DNA of 64,000 bases from an uncultured Acidobacteriota bacterium (GTDB lineage Bacteria; Acidobacteriota; Vicinamibacteria; Vicinamibacterales; UBA8438). Where the stretch lies: contig CAJWLU010000001.1 in NCBI GenBank assembly GCA_913043225.1, forward strand, positions 352,001 through 416,000. The letters run 5' to 3'. The notes under the pieces are model-generated. The model was not told the origin of the DNA, did no database searches, and worked only from the letters and a program-made list of their open reading frames with translations. The translations under genes and the position numbers were made by a program. Shown here piece after piece: positions 1 to 9,088 of this stretch (positions within the stretch are counted from its first letter, which is position 1; every line of letters starts with the position of its first letter).

Positions 1-218
1 TTTGAACGCGAGCGCTCTGAGCCGATCGGCCGGCCGCCCGGTCTAGACCCAAGCGCCTAAGACGCCGTTAAGGTGAAGGGGCAGAACAGTGGGGGCTGGC
101 CTCTCCGCATAGCTGAGAATACCAGCCAGGCGAGAGCGCGCCCAGCAGCAGGTGGAACGTGCCTGACTTCCTGCACGACCGGACCCTGGTGGGCGGTCTA
201 TCTTCGTCGTCAAGAAAC

Positions 219-479
219 CTAACGACCGGTATGTTCCTGAAGTTCCGGAGTCTTGAGCTGATCGGCGGGACCGCGGGGCACGTTTGGGGAAAGGTAGCGA
301 GCCCCGGACAAACGGTCATCGAGACTGCGGACGATCCGGCTGTTCTTGTTGATCGCGCGCAGCTTAGTGAAATTAAAGATTACACAGAAGCCGAGAAAGA
401 GCGCCAGCAGGAAGAGGCTGGACGACAGGAGACCTCGGAGGAGTCCGAACACGATCGTCTGGACCTCGCCAGGGCTCAC
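219..479 (-). CDS. Small single-pass membrane protein, unknown function
   Basis: 86-aa ORF with hydrophobic N-terminal stretch (LLSSSLFLLALFLGFCVIF); GTG start overlaps the rpoZ stop (GTGA, 476-479), indicating translational coupling. Confidence 0.65.
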   Translation of the reverse strand: MSPGEVQTIVFGLLRGLLSSSLFLLALFLGFCVIFNFTKLRAINKNSRIVRSLDDRLSGARYLSPNVPRGPADQLKTPELQEHTGR

Positions 480-802
480 GACGTCTCCTCCGAGCTCCTG
501 TCTTCGGGCAACTCGTAGACGACCAAGCCTTCCCCGACCTCGTCCATCGCAACCCGCTCGAGTCGCGACTTCACGTCTGGCCGTTCACCAGTCTCCGGAT
601 TCGGGCGCAGCCGCTCGAGACGGGGCAGGGCGCCGCGGCGGAGCTGCTTCGCCCGCTGCGCGGCCACGTCGACAAACAGGAAGCGGTTCGTGATCTCCGG
701 CATCCGCTCGTCAGGAACCCGAGGCATCAGGATCGGCCGCGGCACCGCGAACTCGGTGTCAGTGTCAAGAAGCGGATCGTACTCGTCGTTCATATCCGGC
801 AT
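476..802 (-). CDS. rpoZ: DNA-directed RNA polymerase subunit omega
   Basis: NRFLFVDVAAQRAKQL...RVAMDEV omega signature; N-terminal extension, exact start uncertain. Confidence 0.85.
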   Translation of the reverse strand: MPDMNDEYDPLLDTDTEFAVPRPILMPRVPDERMPEITNRFLFVDVAAQRAKQLRRGALPRLERLRPNPETGERPDVKSRLERVAMDEVGEGLVVYELPEDRSSEETS

Positions 803-829
803 ATCCGGTCGATCGTAGTCGAAAACGCC

Positions 830-1066
830 TCATGAGTCGACCGCCTGACAGGGAAACAGCGCCGACCGTGGCGCAACGTCGTCGAACGCTTCGGTCACGG
901 TCGGCGCCGGTCGAGCGACGAACCACTCCCCATCCATCAGGTATTGCGTCGGCCGACTACCGTAGTAGATCGTGACCCCGCCGTGCTCGTCGGTTACCGG
1001 CACGACAAGACGCGCGTCGATCGCCCCAGTCAAAGCCAGCTCATCGAGGGTCGGTGGTCGGGTCAC
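830..1066 (-). CDS. Hypothetical protein
   Basis: 78-aa ORF between hsp20 and rpoZ on the same strand; AGGAG Shine-Dalgarno just upstream of the GTG. Confidence 0.5.
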   Translation of the reverse strand: MTRPPTLDELALTGAIDARLVVPVTDEHGGVTIYYGSRPTQYLMDGEWFVARPAPTVTEAFDDVAPRSALFPCQAVDS

Positions 1067-1109
1067 TGTCGATCTCCTAGGGAGTGTCCAGTCAGGGCGA
1101 ATGTTGGTG

Positions 1110-1140
1110 CTGTCCCCGGGGCGACAGGCCCCCGGGGCAG
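1110..1140 (-). terminator. GC-rich hairpin just after hsp20 (terminator or 3' stabilising stem)
   Basis: CTGTCCCCGGGG...CCCCCGGGGCAG inverted repeat; no U-tract. Confidence 0.35.
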
Positions 1141-1155
1141 CGGCATCTAATAACC

Positions 1156-1602
1156 TTAGGCGGCCTTGATATCGATCCGATGGGGCTTAGCGGCCTCCTT
1201 GAGTGGCAACCTGATCCGCAGGGCACCGTTCTTGTGCTCCGCCGTTACCGCGCCCGCATCGACGGAACGAGGCAGCGTGAACGACCTCCGGAACGCTCCA
1301 TAGGCTCGCTCCGACCGATATAGCCGACCGTCTTCCACTTCGCCGTCCGGCTTGCGCTCTCCCGCGATGGTCAGCACCCCGTTCTCGAGGGTGACATTCA
1401 CCGCATCGCGTTCGATCCCAGGCAGCTCGGCGCTGATCACGAGCGCGTGATCGTCGGTCTCGTACACGTCCACCGCCGGCAGCCTGTTCCCGCGACCGCA
1501 CTCTGCCGATCCCGCACCCAGATTTGCGGGACGGAAGAAGGGATCGAACGCGCTGTCTAACAGACTGAGCTCACGAATCGGATTCCATCGAACAAGTGAC
1601 AT
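1156..1602 (-). CDS. Small heat shock protein, Hsp20/alpha-crystallin family
   Basis: VDVYET...AELPG...ENGVLTIAGER...ERAYGAFRRSFTLP...NGALRIRLP motifs; AAGGAGG SD. Confidence 0.95.
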   Translation of the reverse strand: MSLVRWNPIRELSLLDSAFDPFFRPANLGAGSAECGRGNRLPAVDVYETDDHALVISAELPGIERDAVNVTLENGVLTIAGERKPDGEVEDGRLYRSERAYGAFRRSFTLPRSVDAGAVTAEHKNGALRIRLPLKEAAKPHRIDIKAA

Positions 1603-1667
1603 GAGATGCCTCCTTGAGTTGACCGTTCAAGTGACTTTTTCGCCCCAACTCCGGGACGCTGAAAGCA

Positions 1668-1696
1668 ATGATAGTCAATTTATGAGTGCTAGTCAA
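1668..1696 (-). promoter_or_regulatory. Sigma70-type promoter of hsp20
   Basis: Minus strand TTGACT (1696-1691) - 17 nt - TATCAT (1673-1668) in an AT-rich patch. Confidence 0.7.
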
Positions 1697-1703
1697 TAAT
1701 TAA

Positions 1704-1726
1704 ATATGAGTATTGCATAATCATAT
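1704..1726. promoter_or_regulatory. HAIR-like (HspR-type) inverted repeat operator
   Basis: ATATGAGT-N7-AATCATAT; spacing and TGAGT core match HAIR consensus CTTGAGT-N7-ACTCAAG. Confidence 0.5.
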
Positions 1727-1813
1727 AAATATCTTTCCCCGCCATGGCTTTCCGCGTCGCGTGGAGGAAGATACGTAGCTCTGGCACCTCGGCTGTGCGA
1801 TCATTGGGTTGAC

Positions 1814-2629
1814 GTGCGAATTCTGTTCATCGGAGACATCGTCGGGAAACCGGGTCGGACGCTCGTGCAGAGCGCAGTACGGCCACTGGTGTCCCACTAC
1901 GGCATCGACCTCGTCGTCGCGAACGTCGAGAACGCCGCGGGCGGCAACGGCATCACCCGCGAGATCGGTGAAAGCTTGCGGGACTGCGGCATCGACGTCA
2001 TGACGTCGGGGAATCACATCTGGGACAAGCGCGAGGCACTCGACTACATCGAACTCGAACCCCGATTGATCCGCCCCGGCAACTATCCAGACGCCCCAGG
2101 GCTCGGCCATGTGCTCGCGCAGGCCGCCACCGGAGATACGGTGGCCGTGCTCAATCTGATGGGCCGGGTCTTCATGGCCCCGCTGGACAATCCCTTCACG
2201 ACCATTGACGCCATGCTGGTCAAGCTCGCCGGGCAGGCGCGCGTCATCCTGGTGGACTTCCACGCCGAAGCTACCTCGGAGAAGATCGCGATGGGATGGC
2301 ACCTCGACGGGCGCGTCACCGCCGTCGTGGGCACGCACACCCATGTACAGGCCGCGGACGAACGGGTACTGCCGGGCGGCACGGCTTACATCACAGATGT
2401 CGGAATGAGCGGGCCGCACGACTCGGTCATCGGTGTGGACAAACAGGTAGTCCTGAAACGATTCAAGACGGGACTGCCAGGCCGGTTCGATACGGCTCGA
2501 GGTGACCCCCGGATCCATGGCGTGATCGTGACGACCGATCCAGAAACAGGCCTGGCGACCGGTATCGAACGACTGAGCCTGACCCAAGCCGACGTCGACG
2601 CCCTGCGGTCGGCGGTGGCGGACTCGTGA
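1814..2629 (+). CDS. ymdB: YmdB/TIGR00282 family metallophosphoesterase
   Basis: FIGDIVG, NVENAAGG, SGNHIWD, DFHAEATSEK, GTHTHV motifs. Confidence 0.95.
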   Translation: MRILFIGDIVGKPGRTLVQSAVRPLVSHYGIDLVVANVENAAGGNGITREIGESLRDCGIDVMTSGNHIWDKREALDYIELEPRLIRPGNYPDAPGLGHVLAQAATGDTVAVLNLMGRVFMAPLDNPFTTIDAMLVKLAGQARVILVDFHAEATSEKIAMGWHLDGRVTAVVGTHTHVQAADERVLPGGTAYITDVGMSGPHDSVIGVDKQVVLKRFKTGLPGRFDTARGDPRIHGVIVTTDPETGLATGIERLSLTQADVDALRSAVADS

Positions 2630-4032
2630 CCGAACGCCCGTCGCTGCCCTTCGACGGCCCAGAACGGGCAGCGCCCACGCGACGCCTCGTTGTGACGGTC
2701 ACCGCCCTGACCGCTCGCATCCGGACTCTGCTCGAGTCCAACCATGGAGAAGTCTGGGTCGAGGGCGAGCTCGCCAACTGCCGGCTGTGGAAGACGGGCC
2801 ACCTGTACTTCACTCTTCGCGACGATCGCGCCCAGCTTAAGGGGGTGATGTATCGATCGGCGGTGCGGCACCAGCGCTTCACGCCGGAGGACGGCCTCCG
2901 GGTGGTAGCGCGAGGCCGGATAAGTGTCTACGAACCCAAAGGCGAGTATCAGCTGGTCTGCGAGCATCTCCAGCCACAAGGACAAGGGGCGCTGCAGCTA
3001 GCCTTCGAGCAGCTGAAACGCACGCTTGAAGAAGAAGGCCTGCTCGATGCCGCCAGAAAGCGCACGCTGCCCGTCCTGCCTCGGCGGATCGGAGTCGTGA
3101 CGTCCCTCGATGGCGCGGCCATCCGTGACATTCTGCATGTGCTGACGCGACGGCACCCAACGGTGCAGGTGCTGATCAGCGCGACGCGGGTCCAGGGAGA
3201 GGGCGCCGCCGGCGCGATCGCTCGAGCGCTGGACCGGGTCGCCGACGAAGCGGGCGTTGACGTGGTGATCGTCGGTCGCGGGGGAGGCTCGCTCGAGGAC
3301 CTGTGGGCCTTCAACGAAGCGGAGGTGGCTCGCGCGATCGCGGGGTGCCGCGTCCCGGTCATCTCGGCAGTTGGTCATGAGACGGACGTCACGATCAGCG
3401 ATCTCGTCGCCGACGTCCGGGCCCCGACCCCGTCGGCGGCTGCCGAACTGGTCGTGGCGGGACGCGACGAACTACGAGACCGCGTCGATCGGTTCCTGGC
3501 GCGCCTCCGCGCTGGCCTGGGCGACCGACTCCGCCACGGACGCGCGGCACTCCAGCAACTCGATCGACGGCCTGGGCTCGCAGGGTGGCGCGCCTGGCTG
3601 GCCGGCCGGGGGCGCCACGCAGCCGAGCTCACGCATGCGCTCAGAGCGAGCGTACGGACGCCGGTCGGCCGCGACGGCCGACGGCTCCAGAACGCGCGGC
3701 TGGCGCTCGAGGCTCGCGGCGTAACGGTGCGGCGGTTGCGGACGCCGGGTCGGCGACTTGCCGCAAGCCGCACCCGGCTGGTCGAGGCGAGCACGCGGCT
3801 GGAGAGCGCCTCACGAGAACTAGTTCGCCTCACGACCGGCCGGATCGCGACCCTCGCGGGTCGGCTCGACGCGCTGAGCCCGCTGGGCGTGCTAGCGCGC
3901 GGTTATGCCGTCTGCTGGAACACAGACCGAACGGCGGTCATCCGTGATGCTGACGCCGTCGCGGTCGGCGACGAGATCTCGATCACCTTGCAACGAGGTC
4001 GGCTCCGAGCCAAGACCACGGGAAGGGACTAA
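2626..4032 (+). CDS. xseA: Exodeoxyribonuclease VII large subunit
   Basis: VWVEGE, GHLYFTL, GRGGGSLEDLWAFN, SAVGHETD, APTPSAAAE, LARGY motifs. Confidence 0.97.
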   Translation: MTERPSLPFDGPERAAPTRRLVVTVTALTARIRTLLESNHGEVWVEGELANCRLWKTGHLYFTLRDDRAQLKGVMYRSAVRHQRFTPEDGLRVVARGRISVYEPKGEYQLVCEHLQPQGQGALQLAFEQLKRTLEEEGLLDAARKRTLPVLPRRIGVVTSLDGAAIRDILHVLTRRHPTVQVLISATRVQGEGAAGAIARALDRVADEAGVDVVIVGRGGGSLEDLWAFNEAEVARAIAGCRVPVISAVGHETDVTISDLVADVRAPTPSAAAELVVAGRDELRDRVDRFLARLRAGLGDRLRHGRAALQQLDRRPGLAGWRAWLAGRGRHAAELTHALRASVRTPVGRDGRRLQNARLALEARGVTVRRLRTPGRRLAASRTRLVEASTRLESASRELVRLTTGRIATLAGRLDALSPLGVLARGYAVCWNTDRTAVIRDADAVAVGDEISITLQRGRLRAKTTGRD

Positions 4033-4287
4033 ATGGACGAGAAAGAAAAGATCCAGGACTTCGAGTCGGCAATCGGAGAGCTTGAGGGCGTCGTGCAAAC
4101 CCTAGAGTCGGGCAAGCTGACGCTGGAGGAGTCACTTCGTTTGTACGAGCGCGGGGTTCAACTCTCTCGTTTCTGCCACACCAGGCTGGAAGATGCCGAA
4201 CGACGCATCGAGATCCTTGATGAGCGCGGCGAGGTAAAGCCGGCGCCTCCGTCCGTGTCAGACGGACTCGGAGGCGAGAACGCGTGA
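4033..4287 (+). CDS. xseB: Exodeoxyribonuclease VII small subunit
   Basis: FESAIGELE...LESGKLTLEESLRLYERG; follows xseA. Confidence 0.95.
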   Translation: MDEKEKIQDFESAIGELEGVVQTLESGKLTLEESLRLYERGVQLSRFCHTRLEDAERRIEILDERGEVKPAPPSVSDGLGGENA

Positions 4288-5216
4288 GTCAGGCACCGGA
4301 CTTCGCGAGCTATCTCGAAGCGCGACGCCTTGAGATTGAGGCTGCGCTTGAGGCTGCGCTCCCCCGCCCCCCCGCCTGCCCGACACGGCTGGCCGAAGCG
4401 ATGCGCTACAGCCTAATGGCCGGGGGCAAACGGTTGCGGCCGATCTTGGCTCTGGCCGCCGCCGAGGCAGTCGGCGAGGCCGCCGCTCGCGCGGAGGCGA
4501 TGCCGGCCGCGTGTGCTATCGAGCTAATCCACACCTACTCCCTCGTGCACGATGACCTGCCGGCAATGGACGATGACGATCTTCGCCGTGGCCGTCCGAC
4601 CGCCCACATCGCGTTCGGTGAAGGACTGGCGATTCTCGTGGGCGACGCCCTCCTGACACAAGCGTTCGTCGTACTCGGGCAGCACACCCCCGATGCGTCG
4701 CCTACGCTCGTGGCTCGCCACCTCAGAGCCTCCGCCTGTCTTGCTGAGGCCGCAGGCGCGATCGGGATGGTCGGTGGACAGGCGCTCGATCTCGCCGCGA
4801 CCGGGGAAGCCACCGACGGTGCCTCGAGCGAGGAGGCGCGACAGGCGCTCCGTGAGATACATGCGCGCAAGACCGGCGCCTTGATTCGTGCCGCGGCGGT
4901 CAGCGGCGCCATCCTGGGCGGAGCGGATACTCCGGCTACCCATGCTGTGGACACCTACGCGGCGCAGCTCGGCCTAGCCTTCCAGATCGTCGACGACATT
5001 CTCGATGTCGAAGGCGACGCGGCCAACCTCGGCAAGACGGCCGGCAAGGATGCCGCCGCGGGAAAGCCGACCTATCCCGCCCTCTACGGCCTGGATCGCT
5101 CCAGAACCCTGGCGTCCGAAGCTGTCGAGGCGGCTCGAGCGGCGCTCGCCACCGCCGGGCTTGGCGGGAAACGGCTGGACGCCATCGCGGCGTGGGTTGT
5201 CGGGCGGACCCACTAG
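4284..5216 (+). CDS. ispA: Farnesyl/geranylgeranyl diphosphate synthase (polyprenyl synthetase)
   Basis: GGKRLRP, HTYSLVHDDLPAMDDDDLRRG, FQIVDDILD motifs. Confidence 0.95.
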   Translation: MSQAPDFASYLEARRLEIEAALEAALPRPPACPTRLAEAMRYSLMAGGKRLRPILALAAAEAVGEAAARAEAMPAACAIELIHTYSLVHDDLPAMDDDDLRRGRPTAHIAFGEGLAILVGDALLTQAFVVLGQHTPDASPTLVARHLRASACLAEAAGAIGMVGGQALDLAATGEATDGASSEEARQALREIHARKTGALIRAAAVSGAILGGADTPATHAVDTYAAQLGLAFQIVDDILDVEGDAANLGKTAGKDAAAGKPTYPALYGLDRSRTLASEAVEAARAALATAGLGGKRLDAIAAWVVGRTH

Positions 5217-5222
5217 TCAGCG

Positions 5223-5984
5223 ATGCCGGCTCGAATCAGACTGGATACGCTCCTCCATGAGCGAGGTCTTGTCGAGTCACGCAGTCGCGGTCAGGCCCTG
5301 ATCCTGGCCGGGCAAGTTCGCGTCGACGGACAGACCGTGACCAAGGCGGGCTCGATGGTCGACGCCCAGGCAGAACTGTCGCTGGAGCGCCCCGACCACC
5401 CCTGGGTGGGGCGGGGCGGGCTCAAGCTGTCACACGCGCTCGACATCTTTGCGGTCGACCCCTCGGGACGCACCGGGCTGGACGTCGGCGCCTCGACCGG
5501 AGGTTTCACCGATGTCCTCCTCGCTCGCGGCGCACGCACGGTAGTGGCTCTCGACGTGGGTCACGGCCAGCTCGCCTGGAAGCTCCGCCGCGACGAGCGG
5601 GTAGTGGTTCGCGAGCGCCAGCACATCGGCTCGGTGACGCCCGAGACCCTGCCACCGGAACTGCAGCCGTTTGGCGTGATCACGGTGGATGTGTCCTTCA
5701 TCTCAGTCCGCTACTTTCTCGACCGGCTTCCGGCCCTGCTAGCGCCAGACGGCGATCTCGTCGCGCTCGTCAAACCGCAGTTCGAGGCTGGGCGCATCGA
5801 GGTAGGACGGGGAGGTGTGGTGCGTGATCCCTCGATCCACGAGCGGGTCGTTCACGATGTCGCGGCCCGAGCTGCTGAGGTAGGATTGACATCTGTGGCC
5901 ACGACCCCGTCGCCCATTCGGGGCGCCGAAGGGAATCGAGAGTTCTTCCTCCATCTCCGCCTAGCGCCGGGCGCCGGGGGCTAG
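5223..5984 (+). CDS. tlyA: TlyA family rRNA 2'-O-methyltransferase
   Basis: S4 domain plus LDVGASTGGFTD, DVSFIS, LVKPQFE, GNREF. Confidence 0.95.
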   Translation: MPARIRLDTLLHERGLVESRSRGQALILAGQVRVDGQTVTKAGSMVDAQAELSLERPDHPWVGRGGLKLSHALDIFAVDPSGRTGLDVGASTGGFTDVLLARGARTVVALDVGHGQLAWKLRRDERVVVRERQHIGSVTPETLPPELQPFGVITVDVSFISVRYFLDRLPALLAPDGDLVALVKPQFEAGRIEVGRGGVVRDPSIHERVVHDVAARAAEVGLTSVATTPSPIRGAEGNREFFLHLRLAPGAGG

Positions 5985-5991
5985 TGCACCA

Positions 5992-6888
5992 GTGTCCGAG
6001 TCGTCCCTCCCCACAATCGCGCGTGTCGGGATCGTCGCCAAGGCCGGACTTGAAGCGGCGGCGCAAGTCGTGACCGACGTGGTGGCATGGCTGGAAAGCC
6101 GGCAGATCGAGCCAGTCGTGGAGCGTGCCACCGCCGATATGACCGGGCTGGCCGGCATCAACACCTGCGACGCCGCCGACCTCCCGGACACCACGGACCT
6201 CATCCTTGTCCTCGGGGGTGACGGCACCCTCCTCGGCATGGCGCGTCTGATCGCACGGTCGGACTCCGATCCCCCGATTCTGGCCATTAACTTCGGCAGT
6301 CTGGGCTTCCTCACCGAGACCACCCTTCCGGAGCTCTCCGACGCGCTAGCCTTAGTGGTGGACGGCGCCGCCCGGGTCGACCGCCGACGGATGCTCCGGT
6401 CGCGCGTCGTGCGCGAGGATGAGGTGCTGGCGGAGGAGATCGTCCTCAACGACGTGGTAATCACCAAGAGCGCGCTGTCCGGCATCCTAGACCTCTCGGT
6501 AACGGTGGGCGATCAGTTCGTGGCCCGGTTCCGCGCCGACGGGCTCATCGTCGCCACCCCCACCGGATCCACCGCCTACAACCTGTCGGCGGGCGGCCCC
6601 ATCGTGCACCCGCTGGTCGAGTCCGTCGTGCTGACGCCCATTGCGCCGCATACCTTGACTAATCGGCCCATCGTGTTGCCGGAAAACCCGGCCATCCAGA
6701 TCCACCCCGAACTCGATCTACGTTCGACCGAAGCGTTCGTCAGCTTCGACGGTCAGGCGGGCCATCGGCTCGAGTGCGGCGACGTGGTCACCATCGACGC
6801 GGCCGAACGGCCACTGCGGGTCATCCGTGCGGCCGCGCGTCCCTACTTCGCGGTGCTGCGTGAGAAGCTTCGCTGGGCCGAGCGCTGA
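5992..6888 (+). CDS. nadK: NAD(+) kinase
   Basis: GGDGTLL, INFGSLGFL, LND, DGLIVATPTGSTAYNLSAGGP. Confidence 0.96.
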   Translation: MSESSLPTIARVGIVAKAGLEAAAQVVTDVVAWLESRQIEPVVERATADMTGLAGINTCDAADLPDTTDLILVLGGDGTLLGMARLIARSDSDPPILAINFGSLGFLTETTLPELSDALALVVDGAARVDRRRMLRSRVVREDEVLAEEIVLNDVVITKSALSGILDLSVTVGDQFVARFRADGLIVATPTGSTAYNLSAGGPIVHPLVESVVLTPIAPHTLTNRPIVLPENPAIQIHPELDLRSTEAFVSFDGQAGHRLECGDVVTIDAAERPLRVIRAAARPYFAVLREKLRWAER

Positions 6889-6923
6889 GCCGGGTCCGGC
6901 GAGCGGACACTGGCAGGGTGCCG

Positions 6924-7940
6924 ATGTCACATGACGTCACGCTGGAGCGCATCATGGCCGCGGCACCCGCGGTCTATCGAGTCGCTCGGCGCACGCCACT
7001 GGTACCGTTTCGTCCCCTCACACCGGTCCGGGAACGAGCCCGCCGCGCCACCGATCCCGGGGACCGCCTGTATCTGAAGCTCGAGAACCTGCAACCGATC
7101 GGCGCCTTCAAGGTCCGCGGGGCTGCCAATGCCGTTGCCCGACTGGGCACGAACGCCGGGGCGTCTGGCGTCTGGACCGTGAGCGCGGGCAACGCAGCGC
7201 AGGGCGTGGCGCTCGCGGCACGCGAAGCTGGACTTTCCTGCTCGGCCCTCGTGATCGAGACCGCCCCAGCGGCCAAGATCGACGCGATCGAGCGACTGGG
7301 GGCGCGTATCGTCACCACCACCTACGACGATGCCTGGCACGTCGTGGAGGCACGCGTCGCTGACCGGCTTCCTGGACACTTCATTCATCCCTTCGACGAC
7401 GATGACTTCATCTGCGGCAATGGGACTGTGGGCCTGGAACTGATGGCGGAGCTGCCGGACATTGCCGCGGTCGTGGTCTCGGTCGGTGGCGGGGGCCTGA
7501 TCTCCGGCGTGGCTACCGCGGTCAAGGCGCTGAAGCCTGGGGTGCGGGTCTACGCGGCCGAGCCTGAAACCGCCGCGCCGCTCTCCGCATCAATAGCCAA
7601 GGGCCGAGCCAGCGTCGCGCCCAGTTGGCGGGCGTCGTTCGTGGACGGCTGCGGCGGGCAGTCCGTCACCCCTTCGATGTGGCCGCTGCTACGGGACCTC
7701 GTCGACGACACCATCGTGGTCTCGCTCGACGAGATCGCGGACGCCATGCGAGCCACTGCCGCGGGGGCGCACGTCATCAGCGAGGGCGCCGCTGGATGCG
7801 CCGTTGCCGCCGCGCTCACCGGGCGTGCCGGCCCGGGACCGATCGCCGCCATTGTCTCGGGCGGCAACATCGCCCCGACCGTGTTCGCGACGATCTTGCA
7901 GGGCGAGACGCCCGCAGCACCTGGAGACACTACGCTATGA
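6924..7940 (+). CDS. PLP-dependent threonine/serine dehydratase family enzyme
   Basis: LKLENLQPIGAFKVRGA, SAGN, VGGGGLISG, SGGN; alternative GTG start at 6918. Confidence 0.88.
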   Translation: MSHDVTLERIMAAAPAVYRVARRTPLVPFRPLTPVRERARRATDPGDRLYLKLENLQPIGAFKVRGAANAVARLGTNAGASGVWTVSAGNAAQGVALAAREAGLSCSALVIETAPAAKIDAIERLGARIVTTTYDDAWHVVEARVADRLPGHFIHPFDDDDFICGNGTVGLELMAELPDIAAVVVSVGGGGLISGVATAVKALKPGVRVYAAEPETAAPLSASIAKGRASVAPSWRASFVDGCGGQSVTPSMWPLLRDLVDDTIVVSLDEIADAMRATAAGAHVISEGAAGCAVAAALTGRAGPGPIAAIVSGGNIAPTVFATILQGETPAAPGDTTL

Positions 7941-7971
7941 CCACGATGGGGCTCGAGGAACTTAAACCGCC

Positions 7972-8088
7972 GCAGGCTCGGATCAAGTCGTGGTGCCGAG
8001 CTTCACCACCCGCGGCGTGGTCCAGGAGTACGTCGAGACGATATATACACCGGCCATCGAAAAGAGCGGCGATACACTGAACCGATGA
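7972..8088 (+). pseudogene. 3' remnant of an alpha-glucan (glycogen) phosphorylase gene
   Basis: Frame 7981-8088 reads ...VVPSFTTRGVVQEYVETIYTPA...*, resembling the phosphorylase C-terminal F-x3-R-M-V-x-E-Y-x4-Y-x-P-A motif; in-frame stop at 7963; its TGA overlaps the next ATG. Confidence 0.55.
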
Positions 8089-8504
8089 TCGAGCGTCCTT
8101 CACATCTCGGCCTGCGTCACGTCGCGCTCTATGCGACCGCCTACGACCAGATGAAGCACTTCTACATCGAGCGCCTCGGGTTCGCGATCGAGTGGGAACC
8201 GAACGGCGACAACGTCTACCTCTCCTCCGGCTCAGACAACCTCGCGCTACACCGCGCCGCGGGCGACCGAGTCCTGGACGGCGGCCCGCTCGATCATATC
8301 GGGCTGATCGTGCCCACGGCCGACGACGTCGACCGCTGGGCCACCTACCTCGGTGAGCACGGCATCGCGCTCCACGCCGCGCCTCGCACCCACCGGGACG
8401 GCGCGCGTTCCCTCTACGTCCGAGATCCGGACGGAAACATCGTCCAGATCATCCACCACCCCCCGATCAGCATCGTGCCGATTGCTTTCGAGGCCCACCC
8501 GTAA
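8085..8504 (+). CDS. VOC/glyoxalase family protein
   Basis: LRHVAL, FYIERLGF, LDHIG, RSLYVRDPDGNIVQ. Confidence 0.9.
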   Translation: MIERPSHLGLRHVALYATAYDQMKHFYIERLGFAIEWEPNGDNVYLSSGSDNLALHRAAGDRVLDGGPLDHIGLIVPTADDVDRWATYLGEHGIALHAAPRTHRDGARSLYVRDPDGNIVQIIHHPPISIVPIAFEAHP

Positions 8505-8538
8505 GCTCATCCCCCTCGTCTCGGGGTAAGATCGCGGG

Positions 8539-8997
8539 ATGGTCCCACGATCGGCGACGCAGTCCAAATGCACGCTCTGCGGCGCGAAGGAGGTGTCCGA
8601 ACCTCGCGGCGAAGCGAAGTATTGCCACGACTGCTGGGACAAAAAGATCGCTGTCGAGGACATCGTGGCCCGGGAGCTGGCGCTCAAACGCTACATCAGG
8701 GCGCACAGCGCCGAGAAGTATCTCGTCTACCACTCGACGCTGAAACGGCCCTGTGGTCAGCTCATCGTGGTCGATGACGGATACGACCTCTTCCTGACGC
8801 TGGTGCTATACCAGACGTTCGGCTGGGACGAACCGGCGTATCATCTAGAAGGCGACCCTGAGGGTCGTTCGTTCGCCGAGATCCTGGTCGATGTGGTCGC
8901 GGCAGAGGTCATCGAACCGTGGGGCGGTGGCAAGTGGCATCTGGAGATCTTCCGAACCAACCACGCCGAGCCAGAAGACTGGAACGGCGAGATGTAG
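8539..8997 (+). CDS. Hypothetical protein with N-terminal CxxC...CxxC zinc-ribbon
   Basis: 152-aa ORF with host-like codon usage; CTLC and CHDC pairs. Confidence 0.75.
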   Translation: MVPRSATQSKCTLCGAKEVSEPRGEAKYCHDCWDKKIAVEDIVARELALKRYIRAHSAEKYLVYHSTLKRPCGQLIVVDDGYDLFLTLVLYQTFGWDEPAYHLEGDPEGRSFAEILVDVVAAEVIEPWGGGKWHLEIFRTNHAEPEDWNGEM

Positions 8998-9088
8998 GAA
9001 GATCCTGATCGCTAGTTGAAGTTTGTCGGCGGAGCGCCATATAATCCGCCGGTTCGTTCTACTGGGTACAATCCCGGAGGTGGTGCAC

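Noticed and set aside
1..218. Possible ncRNA or gene at the window start
   Set aside because: No recognisable RNA motif or convincing ORF; context is truncated
1665..1691. Complete CIRCE element
   Set aside because: Only one half-site (TAGCACTC) is present; the partner arm at 9-nt spacing does not match
3655..3754. Short repeat CGGACGCCGG(G)TCGGC in xseA
   Set aside because: Falls in the naturally repetitive helical C-terminal region; reading frame intact
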